From: a virus
Taxonomy: Duplodnaviria > Caudoviricetes
DNA length: 55,581 bases
Direction: 5' to 3' (one strand)
Virus record (IMG/VR): IMGVR_UViG_3300045242_000134
Location: 1 to 55,581 of that record
Shown here: one piece after another, positions 10,610-19,603 of the stretch
How positions within the stretch are numbered: position 1 is the first letter of the stretch
Layout of the letters: the number at the start of each line of letters is the position of its first letter
The notes under the pieces: model-generated
Told to the model about the DNA's origin: nothing
Seen by the model: the letters and a program-made list of their open reading frames with translations, nothing else
Databases searched by the model: none
Translations under genes and position numbers: made by a program

Positions 10610-10782
10610 TTGCAATCTGCGCCATGATTTTGTAACAATTCGTTTCAGCGAACGGCCAGTCGCATGATAACCGGCTCTTTAAACGAATGCAGTAGTCCAT
10701 TGGTAGCGGCACCTCAATGTCGCTCTCAACCCTTGGCCGGGTGGGCGCTGCATTCGCTTAAGGAGCCAACGAAAGGCTCCCG
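10610..10782 (+). promoter_or_regulatory. Promoter and structured leader of the replication operon
   Basis: TTGCAA-17-TAACAA; CGAATGCAG/CTGCATTCG stem; GGAGCC/GGCTCC hairpin overlapping AGGAG. Confidence 0.45.
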
Positions 10783-11058
10783 ATGGATTTAAAAACCCGC
10801 GACCGCAAACTCAAATGCCTCGAAGACATTCTCGAACAACCGCGTAACGATCAAAACGTCGTAGCCGTCGCGCTCTTTAAGATCTGGCACGACGCGCTTT
10901 GGGAAGTGTCCGACGACAGCTTTGATGAATTCACTCAGAATGAATTCGAGATGAGTGAGGTTGATGCGTTTATCATTATGAAGGCTGCGGCAAGCGCCGG
11001 TCAATTTCCTGAGTATGAAGCGGAGAAGATTAACGCGGAATTTGAGAGGTTGGGATGA
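10783..11058 (+). CDS. Small acidic protein resembling the N-terminal domain of 11652..12551
   Basis: VAVALFKIWHDALW...SFDEFTQNEFEMS parallels VGKALIELRDDEHW...NFSDFCRDNFKIS. Confidence 0.6.
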   Translation: MDLKTRDRKLKCLEDILEQPRNDQNVVAVALFKIWHDALWEVSDDSFDEFTQNEFEMSEVDAFIIMKAAASAGQFPEYEAEKINAEFERLG

Positions 11059-11651
11059 GTATGAATAATAAGTCTAACTTTGTTTTGGTGGCCAAGGTAG
11101 TGATAAAGAAGGAAATCGAATGGGTTTTGATGGACAAGCGAGAGCAACCAGTGTCTTTCGTTTACGCCCTTCAATGCGAAGAAACTTCGCGGGTAAAAAT
11201 AGGAATCACCCAAAATGTGCGCCAACGACTGAAAGACATTCGTGCGATGTGCTCAACGAATCTAAGATTGATTTTGTGCGTACCTGCCATTGGTCAAGAG
11301 GTTGAGTTGTTTCTTCACAGGGAGTTTGACAGGTTCCGGCTGCATGGTGAGTGGTTTGCAATACCGAGAGGTAGGATTGGAAGGCTCACTGGTTTGAAAA
11401 TGGATTACGACAGCAGAATTGAAATGGATGAAGAAGACGCTCCTCCAGAAGAATTTCCCGAAGAAGTTCGAATCAGTATTCGCGAATATCATCGTGAGCA
11501 AGCCTTCCAATCTCAAGAGAAGGAAGACGATATGTCGGCTTCCAATTTTACACCAAAGCCCATAAAAGAGTTTTGGAACGAACGACCGAATGGACCAAGG
11601 TCTTACGAAGCCTCAATCGCTGATTGCTACCCAGAGCACAATAGGATTTGA
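11055..11651 (+). CDS. GIY-YIG / T5orf172-family protein
   Basis: FVYAL...VKIGIT.NV.QRL..I...E..LH.EF..FRLHGEWF. Confidence 0.85.
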   Translation: MSMNNKSNFVLVAKVVIKKEIEWVLMDKREQPVSFVYALQCEETSRVKIGITQNVRQRLKDIRAMCSTNLRLILCVPAIGQEVELFLHREFDRFRLHGEWFAIPRGRIGRLTGLKMDYDSRIEMDEEDAPPEEFPEEVRISIREYHREQAFQSQEKEDDMSASNFTPKPIKEFWNERPNGPRSYEASIADCYPEHNRI

Positions 11652-12551
11652 ATGAAATCAGCCGCCAAAAGAGATATTCGCGCTGCTGCAAATGCGAAGC
11701 GCCAGAAGCGAAGGGATGAATTAATCACCATCGTAAATAACGGCATTCGTGACGTTGGAAAGGCTCTTATAGAACTGCGCGACGACGAGCACTGGCGAGA
11801 CACTCACAATAACTTTTCTGACTTTTGCCGCGACAATTTCAAAATCAGCAAAACTTATTTATACGATGTAATTAAAGGCATGGAGGTGATTGCATCCCTG
11901 CCGAAAGACGTGCGGTCAAAAATCACTAACGAAGGGCAGGCTCGCGCACTCGCCAAGCTGCCCGAAAGTAAGCGCGTGGGAGCCATTTTAAGCGCGGAAA
12001 AAAAGGGAGGAATAACTGCGGAAAGCCTACTAAGTCACGCCACCAAGCCAGCGCCACCAAAGTCCGCAATTGCGGACTCCGCTTTTATTGGAAAATCCGA
12101 ATCAAAAACGCCGTCAAAAAAAGAACCGACACTAGTCGATGACGTGAACACACCCATTCCTTTGGATGCGATGCCTTACGCAATTCGACAGAAACAAGTT
12201 GGGAGAGTTTTGAAAATTATTTCAGACCTTCGAGTTGATATAAAAAAGAATCGAGACGGTGGCGATCATCTGTGGGTAAAACACGGTCAAGACGCCTACG
12301 AATACTTAAGTCGTGCTTATAGCTACATCAGCGATGCGTCCCCCGACTGCGTATGCCTTACATGCCAAGGAAGTTACTCAATGCAAGAGGAGGGATGCAA
12401 TGCCTGCGGCAATACTGGAATGATTTCTCAGTACCGTTTCGACCACTTTTTGCCGAAGGAGATGCGAGAGATTCGGCTTCTGTCAAACTCGGATTACGTC
12501 AAGACTCACGAAGTAACTAAAACTCGACCCGACCCCAAAAATGTTTGTTGA
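11652..12551 (+). CDS. DNA-binding protein (DUF3102-like N-terminus, C-terminal Zn finger)
   Basis: GKALIELRD..W...F.DFC..F.IS...NEGQARAL; CLTCQG...CNACGNTG. Confidence 0.6.
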   Translation: MKSAAKRDIRAAANAKRQKRRDELITIVNNGIRDVGKALIELRDDEHWRDTHNNFSDFCRDNFKISKTYLYDVIKGMEVIASLPKDVRSKITNEGQARALAKLPESKRVGAILSAEKKGGITAESLLSHATKPAPPKSAIADSAFIGKSESKTPSKKEPTLVDDVNTPIPLDAMPYAIRQKQVGRVLKIISDLRVDIKKNRDGGDHLWVKHGQDAYEYLSRAYSYISDASPDCVCLTCQGSYSMQEEGCNACGNTGMISQYRFDHFLPKEMREIRLLSNSDYVKTHEVTKTRPDPKNVC

Positions 12552-14181
12552 ACGTGAATATCAAACGCGAGCCGAAGCCGCGATTGTTAAGGAGTGGGAA
12601 ACAGTTCAGTCCACACTTCTGGAATTAGCTACCGGATTAGGCAAGACCAAAATTGCTTGCGACTTAATCAAGCGCATGTATCCAGGGCGAACGATGTGGC
12701 TGACTCATCAGGAGGAGCTTGTTGGCCAAGCTGTCGAATCAATTCAAAAAGGGGCGGGCATTCCTGTAGAAATTGAACAGGCGTCTCAGTACGCCTCAAC
12801 AAATCTTTTCCATCGCACACCAGTTATTGTGTCCACCGTTCAGAGCCAGTGCTCCGGTCCAAAAGATGCGAGACGTTACAAACGATTTGATCCAAATGAC
12901 TTCTCGCTTTTAGTGGTTGATGAAGTTCATCACGGAGTTGCAGAATCTTGGAAGGAAGTCATCGCTTATTATTGCCGAAACCCGAAACTAAAAATGGTTG
13001 GCTTATCAGCGACCCCCAAGCGCGGTGACGACAAAGCCCTTTCTCAAATAATTCAGTCGGTTGCCTTCCAGTATGGGATTGAAGATGGAAAAAACGATGG
13101 TTGGCTGGTCAACATTGCACAGCGATATGTCACGGTTAACAGCCTCGATCTGACACATATACGAACTGTCGCTGGTGATTTCAATAAAGGGGAGTTGTCG
13201 GCAATGGTGGAGCAGGAAGAAAATGTATTGGGCATGTGCCAGCCAACCCTTGAGGCAGTATTTGGGCTGGAACCCAACACACTTTCCTCAATTCCAGAAC
13301 CAAAGTGGAAAGAATACCTTTCATCACTTAGCAGAAGGCCGAGGCGCACACTTGCTTTCACTGTGTCGGTTGCTCAGGCTGAAATGTTCGCCAGTGTATT
13401 CAGTCGCGCCATGGACGGTGTTGAGTGGGTGTGCGGCAAAACAAACAAAGAGGATCGAAAAAAGATTCGTGAACGATTTCTGCGTGGTGACACTCATTTG
13501 GTGGCCAACTGTGGGGTTTATCTCGAAGGTTACAACAACCCATTTGTTGAGTTGATGCCAATTTCACGCCCAACTAAATCCATCAATCTTTACATTCAAA
13601 TGATGGGCAGGGGCACGCGCACACTTCCGGGTATTGTTGATGGTCTGACAACAGTTGCTGAACGCCTTGAAGCCATCAAACGCAGCGAGAAGCCATTCCT
13701 TCGTATTCTCGACTTCGTTGGCAACAGCGGTCACAACAAAGTGAAAACAATTTCAGCTTATGATGTGTTAAGTGGCCACGTGAGCACTGAGGCGGTTGAT
13801 CGAGCCAAGGAGATTGCGATGAAATCCGGCACAACCAAGATGATCACTGTCACCATGTCGAATGCTCAAATTGAAGTGGATAGAAAAAAGAGAGAGGAGG
13901 CTGAACGACGCCGCAAATCCGAAGAAGCTCGAAAAGCAGGGCTACTTGCCAAGTCCAACTACTCAATGCGTGAAGTCAGTCCGTTCGATCACAATCACGA
14001 AAGGGTTCCATTGCACTCGCGTTGCTCAAAAGATGGAAGATTTTTCTCCGAAAAGCAGATGAAGATCTTGCGCGAGGTGGGAGTGAATCCTGCGAACATA
14101 AAGTATCGTCAGGGACAAGCCATCATTGGAAAGAAAATCGAAGAATGGAAGGCGAGAAAAGAATCAAAGGCAGCCGCATGA
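12541..14181 (+). CDS. Superfamily 2 DEAD/DEAH-like helicase
   Basis: ATGLGKT, DEVHH, SATP and QMMGRGTR motifs. Confidence 0.95.
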   Translation: MFVEREYQTRAEAAIVKEWETVQSTLLELATGLGKTKIACDLIKRMYPGRTMWLTHQEELVGQAVESIQKGAGIPVEIEQASQYASTNLFHRTPVIVSTVQSQCSGPKDARRYKRFDPNDFSLLVVDEVHHGVAESWKEVIAYYCRNPKLKMVGLSATPKRGDDKALSQIIQSVAFQYGIEDGKNDGWLVNIAQRYVTVNSLDLTHIRTVAGDFNKGELSAMVEQEENVLGMCQPTLEAVFGLEPNTLSSIPEPKWKEYLSSLSRRPRRTLAFTVSVAQAEMFASVFSRAMDGVEWVCGKTNKEDRKKIRERFLRGDTHLVANCGVYLEGYNNPFVELMPISRPTKSINLYIQMMGRGTRTLPGIVDGLTTVAERLEAIKRSEKPFLRILDFVGNSGHNKVKTISAYDVLSGHVSTEAVDRAKEIAMKSGTTKMITVTMSNAQIEVDRKKREEAERRRKSEEARKAGLLAKSNYSMREVSPFDHNHERVPLHSRCSKDGRFFSEKQMKILREVGVNPANIKYRQGQAIIGKKIEEWKARKESKAAA

Positions 14182-14963
14182 CTTGGATTCGAGTCACCAA
14201 ATCTTTCCCATGCCAGATTTGCAAGGCTCCAGACTGGTGCACTTGGTCTGTTGATATGCAGGGCTTTTGCTGTATGCGCGTTGACTCCCCGCGCCGGATG
14301 AAAAACGGCGGTTGCTTCCATCCTCTTGGCTCCAAACCTCAGTTTGTGCCCAAACCACCGCCAGAAGCACCCGAAATTGACGCTGGTGCCCTCATGCAAC
14401 GCTTTCGGTCGGACACCACCCCCGTTATGCTGGCCCGACACGCCGCATCTCTCGGTGTCTCGACCGACTCTTTAACGGCTACAGGATGCGCGTGGGCGGC
14501 TCCCCATTGCGCTTGGGCGTGGCCAATGGTGTCTGGAATAGGTAAAACCGTTGGGATACGTCTCAGGGCCGAAGACGGCAGGAAATGGAGCGTTCGTGGA
14601 GGGCACGAGGGTATCTTCGTCCCCAATGGCAGCGCACGAACGGCGTATGTGGTGGAGGGTCCGACTGATTTGGCGGCGTGCCTGACCCTCGGATTGTGGG
14701 GAATCGGTCGTCCGAGTTGTCGCGGAAGCGTTGCCCACACCCAGGTGGCTATCAATCGCCTGCACATTCAGCGAGCGATACTCGTGAGCGACAACGATGG
14801 TCCGGGGATTGAAGGTGCGAAGGCGCTCGCCAGCGAGTTACAGATCCCCGTCGCAGCGATGCTGCTTCCGGCCAAGGATTTGAGGCAGTTTTTGGCCTAT
14901 GGTGGGACGCGATGCTTGCTGGACAGTTTGGAGCGGCAGTTGGTGTGGAGACAACCTGCTTGA
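14178..14963 (+). CDS. Primase (Zn finger + TOPRIM)
   Basis: CQIC..DWC..CMR; VVEGPTD; SDNDGPG; KDLR; ATGA overlap with the helicase stop. Confidence 0.85.
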   Translation: MTWIRVTKSFPCQICKAPDWCTWSVDMQGFCCMRVDSPRRMKNGGCFHPLGSKPQFVPKPPPEAPEIDAGALMQRFRSDTTPVMLARHAASLGVSTDSLTATGCAWAAPHCAWAWPMVSGIGKTVGIRLRAEDGRKWSVRGGHEGIFVPNGSARTAYVVEGPTDLAACLTLGLWGIGRPSCRGSVAHTQVAINRLHIQRAILVSDNDGPGIEGAKALASELQIPVAAMLLPAKDLRQFLAYGGTRCLLDSLERQLVWRQPA

Positions 14964-15146
14964 CACAATGAAGACTTTGGGTTTTAGTTCTCTCGTTCAT
15001 GACTGTAGGAAGTCAATGGGTGGCGAGAGCGAACTTGGATTTAGATTCCGGGATCGAAAAGGCTTCGGCCTCTCCGCACCCGTGGAGTTCCTACCGATAC
15101 CGGCATCGTTCCCGCAGCGAATAACGGCGCTGCGGGTTTTATTTTT
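14960..15146 (+). promoter_or_regulatory. Promoter, structured leader and intrinsic terminator
   Basis: TTGACA at 14960; GTAGGAA/TTCCTAC pairing; CCCGCAGCG/CGCTGCGGG plus U-tract at 15111-15146. Confidence 0.6.
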
Positions 15147-15149
15147 GCC

Positions 15150-15452
15150 TCATGGACCGCTGATGTATTCCCTTGGTCAGCGGTACCAAAATCAAGGACT
15201 TAGCTACCCCCGCTCAGTAATGGGTAAAGGGTCCAGATGGGAAGCCATTTGGGTTGGTGCTCGATGGCCTGTGCCACCAACAGAAAAAAGGGCGCAGACT
15301 TCGGTAGACGTTGGCCAGAGCGATGCGAGATACTGCTTCTCTCACCGTGTTTCCAACGATGAAGAACGGATAATATCCGGCCTGCTTCAAGCGGTTTTCC
15401 GCTCTACTTCATATCCTCCGTCTTGTCTTCTTCCCTTCGGGGTCTTGGTCTT
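15150..15452 (+). other. Hairpin-dense non-coding segment (possible origin or ncRNA)
   Basis: ACCGCTGA/TCAGCGGT, CCAGATGG/CCATTTGG, GTTGGTG/CACCAAC, CGTTGG/CCAACG, CGGAT/ATCCG, CCC-TTCG-GGG. Confidence 0.4.
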
Positions 15453-15644
15453 ATGATCCCTCACATCGAAAAGGAAGTAATCGACCGACTGAACGAGTTG
15501 GAGGTTCCAACAGATGCGTTTAATTCGGTTGTTTTACGGAAAGAATTCAAGATGTTTATGAATGGGAAACGGTTGATGGTTGTGCATCGTCCTAAAAACG
15601 CACTTGGGATTGTTCTGTTTTACGAACGGAAGAAAATCAAATGA
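15453..15644 (+). CDS. Hypothetical protein
   Basis: MIPHIEKE...; overlaps the next ORF by ATGA. Confidence 0.5.
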   Translation: MIPHIEKEVIDRLNELEVPTDAFNSVVLRKEFKMFMNGKRLMVVHRPKNALGIVLFYERKKIK

Positions 15645-15949
15645 CTCGCGGCAACCGTCACGGCAACTGGCTTCAATTCGTTCCCATGCACAACGAAATC
15701 ACCAACATCAATCTACTCCCACACACGCCGGAAGAAATCGAACAGGAGCGGCGTTATCGCATTGAAGAACGCCTTGGAATTATGTGTGGTGCTGATGCTC
15801 CGACTGATGATCAATTGGAGATTGCTGTGCGTGAGGCTGATGAGTGGGTGAGAGATTATCTCACTCACTGTCCTTCCACTCCCACTTGCAGCCCAACGCC
15901 TCCAGTTCCTTCTTCGCCTCAGACGGAGTGCGGCCCATCAGAAAACTGA
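15641..15949 (+). CDS. Hypothetical protein
   Basis: ERRYRIEERLGIMC motif common in small phage proteins. Confidence 0.55.
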   Translation: MTRGNRHGNWLQFVPMHNEITNINLLPHTPEEIEQERRYRIEERLGIMCGADAPTDDQLEIAVREADEWVRDYLTHCPSTPTCSPTPPVPSSPQTECGPSEN

Positions 15950-16055
15950 GCCTGCCTTTCTCTGGACCGACGCACGTCCAGCAGCCTTCGAACAGAATCC
16001 ATTTACTGACGCCGCTCCAGTATTTGTTGGAGGCGTGGAGGTAGCGGGTTTTCAA
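15861..16055 (-). CDS. Hypothetical protein
   Basis: Last of four coupled minus-strand ORFs. Confidence 0.5.
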   Translation of the reverse strand: MKTRYLHASNKYWSGVSKWILFEGCWTCVGPEKGRLSFLMGRTPSEAKKELEALGCKWEWKDSE

Positions 16056-16243
16056 GCCGGTTCAAGGTTGGAGATATTGCAGTATTGTTTGGTGCCTTTG
16101 GTGCCATCCCAAACAACAGGCACTCCGTTCCATGCTGTTATCCTGTCGCTGTAAACTGTGCCCAATCGGGTTGGTTTTTGAGGCTTCCATGGAAGGTTCT
16201 GTCGAAGCTTAACCCGATCTCCTTTTTTGAAGTTGAAGTTCAT
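16052..16243 (-). CDS. Small SH3/KOW-like hypothetical protein
   Basis: FKKGDRVKL...GTV...V.WDG pattern. Confidence 0.55.
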   Translation of the reverse strand: MNFNFKKGDRVKLRQNLPWKPQKPTRLGTVYSDRITAWNGVPVVWDGTKGTKQYCNISNLEPA

Positions 16244-16584
16244 CCCACCTGTTTCAAGATGCGTTCGAGGGTTTCGAGCATACGCTGCCAGCTTCGATAA
16301 TCTTTACGATCTCCTCGAACTGAAAAGAGCGCCTGCTTGTATTCGTCTCGCCCCTCTTTCAGCGTGAGAATGTCGTCGGGGGTGAGGACGATACTGCGCT
16401 CTAGAATTTCGCGGCATTCCATAATCAAATCTCGAACCGCATCTTGAGGCGTGACCATTTCAGGATTGAACAACCCGCCAACCGAAAGGTATTCGGTGAT
16501 GCGGTAGAGAATTTCCCTGCGTGTCATTGGGATTTTGGTTGAGGGTGTGGGGTGCATTGGTGTTATTGGAATGTTTCGTCGCAA
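16240..16584 (-). CDS. Hypothetical protein
   Basis: RITEYLSVGGLFNPEM...VRDLIMECR; coupled ORF. Confidence 0.6.
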   Translation of the reverse strand: MRRNIPITPMHPTPSTKIPMTRREILYRITEYLSVGGLFNPEMVTPQDAVRDLIMECREILERSIVLTPDDILTLKEGRDEYKQALFSVRGDRKDYRSWQRMLETLERILKQVG

Positions 16585-16790
16585 TCGCAGCGTATGTGTG
16601 CCATCACTTCCATCATCCAGTCAAGGCACCATGATTCTTCTTTCTTTGAGGCGATGCCTTGTTCTCCAGTGTGAATTCCTTCGCGGTCAGCGATGACAAT
16701 ATAGCGAAAATCTTTTTCACCGAATAACATGAACAAACGCTCGTAATCATCGGGGATTTTGAAATTTGGTTGGATGGTACGGAGGGGCAC
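16563..16790 (-). CDS. Hypothetical protein
   Basis: First gene downstream of the minus-strand promoter at about 16824-16852. Confidence 0.55.
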   Translation of the reverse strand: MPLRTIQPNFKIPDDYERLFMLFGEKDFRYIVIADREGIHTGEQGIASKKEESWCLDWMMEVMAHIRCDCDETFQ

Positions 16791-16805
16791 AATTCACGAA
16801 AGGTG

Positions 16806-16852
16806 TTGACACATAACGGCGTGATGATAAATAGTCCACAGTTATGTGTCAA
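16806..16852. promoter_or_regulatory. Overlapping opposite-strand sigma70-like promoters formed by a 12-bp inverted repeat
   Basis: TTGACACATAAC (16806) / GTTATGTGTCAA (16841); minus strand reads TTGACA-17-TATCAT. Confidence 0.65.
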
Positions 16853-16996
16853 GGCGTATCAGGTGCGTCAAAGCGTTCGGGATCCATCCGAACCCGCCGT
16901 GAGGCGTCTTCTACACATAACACCCCGTCGCTCTCCAAGCCTCGGGGATTTTTCACTATGGCAAGGCCCTCAGAAGCTTATCCTGTGAACTTCGAC

Positions 16997-17520
16997 TGTC
17001 ATGGAACGGGAGTGTCTTTCTGTCCTCCCCTAACCTTCCTCAAAGGCATTCGTGCCCTTGGAAACCGGAACATGCTCCAGCCTAAGCAACCCCCACCTTT
17101 GGCCATCCGCCACCGGTGGAGATGCGAATCACCCGACACAAAAGGTCTGTCCGCACAGTGAAAACGTAGCCCAATCCCCGACGCCTGATTACCAGTCAGG
17201 CTTGTGCAAGGTTCGATTGGAACCGGGTTCGGAAGCTCTCCGACAAAAACCCGGACTTCTTCTAACGTGTCGGGTGTATTCTGCTCCGATGACTTTCTGA
17301 CTTCCAACGCCAAACTGTGCGTCGTACACCCTCGTCGTTCTCAAACCACAGGGATCGCTGTCAGCCCCGAAAAGGTGGTGTCCTCGTCGCTGCCAATGCC
17401 AACCCCATCGGCAAGAGCACGCACCCGTTGCAGGCGAAAAGACCAGTGCGAACGAGTACGGTGTGATCAGGTTCCCGATTTCGGGAAGATGATGGAAAAC
17501 CCAAAACCATTTCCGTGACA
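16997..17520 (+). ncRNA. Candidate large structured ncRNA (about 520 nt), class unassigned
   Basis: Closing stem TGTCATGGAA/TTCCGTGACA; nested long-range stems; many hairpins; G-U pairs favour the + strand; no convincing ORF. Confidence 0.55.
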
Positions 17521-17780
17521 CCACGAAAATGGTCACCAAGGAAAGTCCGCACGGTTTACGGAAGGGATGTTACTCACCCACCCGCGCTCACCAATCGGGG
17601 CCAGGGCAGGGTCTGGTGGGGACGGTCAACCGGGTTTAAGAGATTCCTTAAGCATTCTTTCTCCCTAGCTGCTTGGCTTGCCCTGTGGCGATTACACTAT
17701 GGACCACTATAACGGTAGGGTCACACAATCAAAGTCGCTCATATCCAAACGTGGAGCGAAATCCGTGGGGCCGAAATGCC

Positions 17781-18272
17781 CTAAAACGGGGTGTCTTCGG
17801 GTTTGGTGGGAATAGGCGCCGGTGGGGTAATGGCCGTCTCTGACGCGGGGCACGCGGTCGCAGGATTCACGCTTTGGTTCCCGCTATCGGGCATGGGGAA
17901 GGAGGATGGAGCGGATGGAATTGAGTGGGGTTTGGATGACTTGTGACGATGGCCGGAAAGCTCCATTTCCATATCAAAAAACAATCGCGCCACCTTGGCT
18001 CGTTTCATTGCTTGGTCCGCATCGGTAGCAAGCTCACTAGCTTTGGCGTGTCGTCTAAACGCCCGCCGAATAGCTGCCAGCAAGATTGATGCGGCTTTGG
18101 GTGTCAGGTTGCCGATTCCTGTCCTGGGCTTTCCTGGGGTTTGGACGGCTCGTCTTGCGTCAAATCCAGGCCTAAACGGTGGCCGGTATCCTTTGAGTAT
18201 CGGTATTCCGTTTTCGTCAATTTGCGGTGGGGATTGCAACGCGAGCACTGAGGCACGCCTACAGCAATCCAT
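17781..18272 (-). CDS. Possible terminase small subunit (start uncertain)
   Basis: PPFRPGFDARR..PGKP resembles the FKPG..GNP.GRP motif of TerS/DUF5681-like proteins; helical core; Pro-rich tail. Confidence 0.35.
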   Translation of the reverse strand: MDCCRRASVLALQSPPQIDENGIPILKGYRPPFRPGFDARRAVQTPGKPRTGIGNLTPKAASILLAAIRRAFRRHAKASELATDADQAMKRAKVARLFFDMEMELSGHRHKSSKPHSIPSAPSSFPMPDSGNQSVNPATACPASETAITPPAPIPTKPEDTPF

Positions 18273-18306
18273 TCCTTTGGTCAAGCGCGGATTATTTTGC
18301 GAAAGT

Positions 18307-18332
18307 ATTTGACAACTTTGTGTGTTATGTGC
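18307..18332 (+). promoter_or_regulatory. Promoter/operator repeated at 50155-50180
   Basis: ATTTGACAACTTTGTGTnnTnTGTGC, 23/26 identical between the two copies. Confidence 0.6.
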
Positions 18333-18431
18333 GAATGTTGTCTTGTGATCGTAGTGAACAAACTTTTCCCGTCTCATGCGTATTGCATCTTCGATGCGAC
18401 TACGATCACCGTGGGGCGGGTTTTTCCACTT

Positions 18432-18644
18432 ATGAAAATAATCGAATACGATAATCCAAAAGTAGGCTGCTATGTCGATGAATCGGCGGGTGGTGCGGAT
18501 TGTCTCAATCGGCGCACTATTGAGTTTGCAGAGGATTACGGCTTCGTTGCCAAGGTGTCCGGCTGCTTGAGAATATGGCTGGTTGCCAATGCTACGACAG
18601 TGAAAGCGATCAAACGTTGCGGACTGCCCTGCTTGAGAACGTGA
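18432..18644 (+). CDS. Hypothetical early protein
   Basis: MKIIEYDNPKVGCYVDES...; downstream of the promoter at 18307. Confidence 0.4.
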   Translation: MKIIEYDNPKVGCYVDESAGGADCLNRRTIEFAEDYGFVAKVSGCLRIWLVANATTVKAIKRCGLPCLRT

Positions 18645-18692
18645 AGGACGGGACGGTTCCCGCATACGAGATTAACAACTAACCCCCCCCCT

Positions 18693-19094
18693 ATGCCTAC
18701 ACAAACCATGAGCTATACACGAGTAATTCCTAGGGACCTATTCAACGAGGCTAACTTGCTCAAGTGTCTTGGCCAGCTTTATCTAAAACTTGAACAAGGC
18801 TGGCAGCAAATAGCTGAGTTGGAATATGATTCAGAGCAAGTCGAGGGCTTTGACATTCAGCAATCGTCCGATGATGGACACCTTTTTGTGGATAATGTCA
18901 GATTGAAGCTGTTGCGAAGCAAAATCAACGGAGGCTTACCTTGGCACTACATTTTGTTTCGGCCATTAAACAGCCGTGACCCTTATCCACTTTACTTAAA
19001 CCCCAGTTGGGACTCTGAACCTATTCCGGTATTCAATGACGCCGGGGAGCTTTCAACCGAGATGGTAGAACTACTAAAAAAGGAAACACTATGA
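18693..19094 (+). CDS. Conserved hypothetical phage protein
   Basis: YTRVIPRDLFNEANLLKCLGQL...PLNSR.PYPL. Confidence 0.7.
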   Translation: MPTQTMSYTRVIPRDLFNEANLLKCLGQLYLKLEQGWQQIAELEYDSEQVEGFDIQQSSDDGHLFVDNVRLKLLRSKINGGLPWHYILFRPLNSRDPYPLYLNPSWDSEPIPVFNDAGELSTEMVELLKKETL

Positions 19095-19414
19095 CACAAA
19101 CCAAACAGGCGAGACATACGCCCTTGCCGTGGATAGCTATTCCCAATGGTAACGATATAACTACAATCCGCCACATTAACCAAACGTCGGGGCAACGCAA
19201 AGAATTGTGGGTTGCGGATTGCTTAACACCTAACGCCGCTTTCATCGTCAAGGCCGTCAACTCCCACGAGGAGCTTTTGGGGGCGCTTGACGTTGAAATG
19301 CTGCTAACTATCGCCAATGAACTTGACAGTTTTAAGGATAGTGCCCGTGCTCATTCGTTGCGGGTATTGGCGGCGAGGCAACAAAAAGCCATCACCCGAG
19401 CGGTGGGGGAGTGA
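19091..19414 (+). CDS. Hypothetical phage protein (HTPxPW...NA.FIV.AVN.H family)
   Basis: Characteristic motifs; ATGA coupling. Confidence 0.7.
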   Translation: MTQTKQARHTPLPWIAIPNGNDITTIRHINQTSGQRKELWVADCLTPNAAFIVKAVNSHEELLGALDVEMLLTIANELDSFKDSARAHSLRVLAARQQKAITRAVGE

Positions 19415-19420
19415 GGATTT

Positions 19421-19603
19421 ATGAACGCAACCAATAAGCAAGGCCATGTGTGGACTGGCGAGCGGGAAAGGGAATGGTGGAACTACCTTGACGACAACGG
19501 GCAGGAATATCAGTCCCGCGAGGTTCCGTCCTATCGCATTGTTATGGACAAGGCTGTAATGACGAAGCACGGAATAACACCAATAACCGCCTTGGAACAA
19601 TGA
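19421..19603 (+). CDS. Hypothetical protein
   Basis: GAGG RBS; operon context. Confidence 0.5.
   Translation: MNATNKQGHVWTGEREREWWNYLDDNGQEYQSREVPSYRIVMDKAVMTKHGITPITALEQ

Noticed and set aside
14899-15456. 185-aa ORF
   Set aside because: It crosses a promoter and a strong terminator, has no recognisable motifs, and the region is hairpin-dense.
17378-17400. HDV-like/theta ribozyme (GTG-TCCTCGT-CGC resembles P3/L3)
   Set aside because: I could not find a matching P1, the GG of P1.1, or J4/2 in the required order.
16844-17712. Several overlapping 63-116 aa ORFs
   Set aside because: They overlap each other on both strands, have atypical composition and lack RBS support; the region is better explained as structured non-coding sequence.
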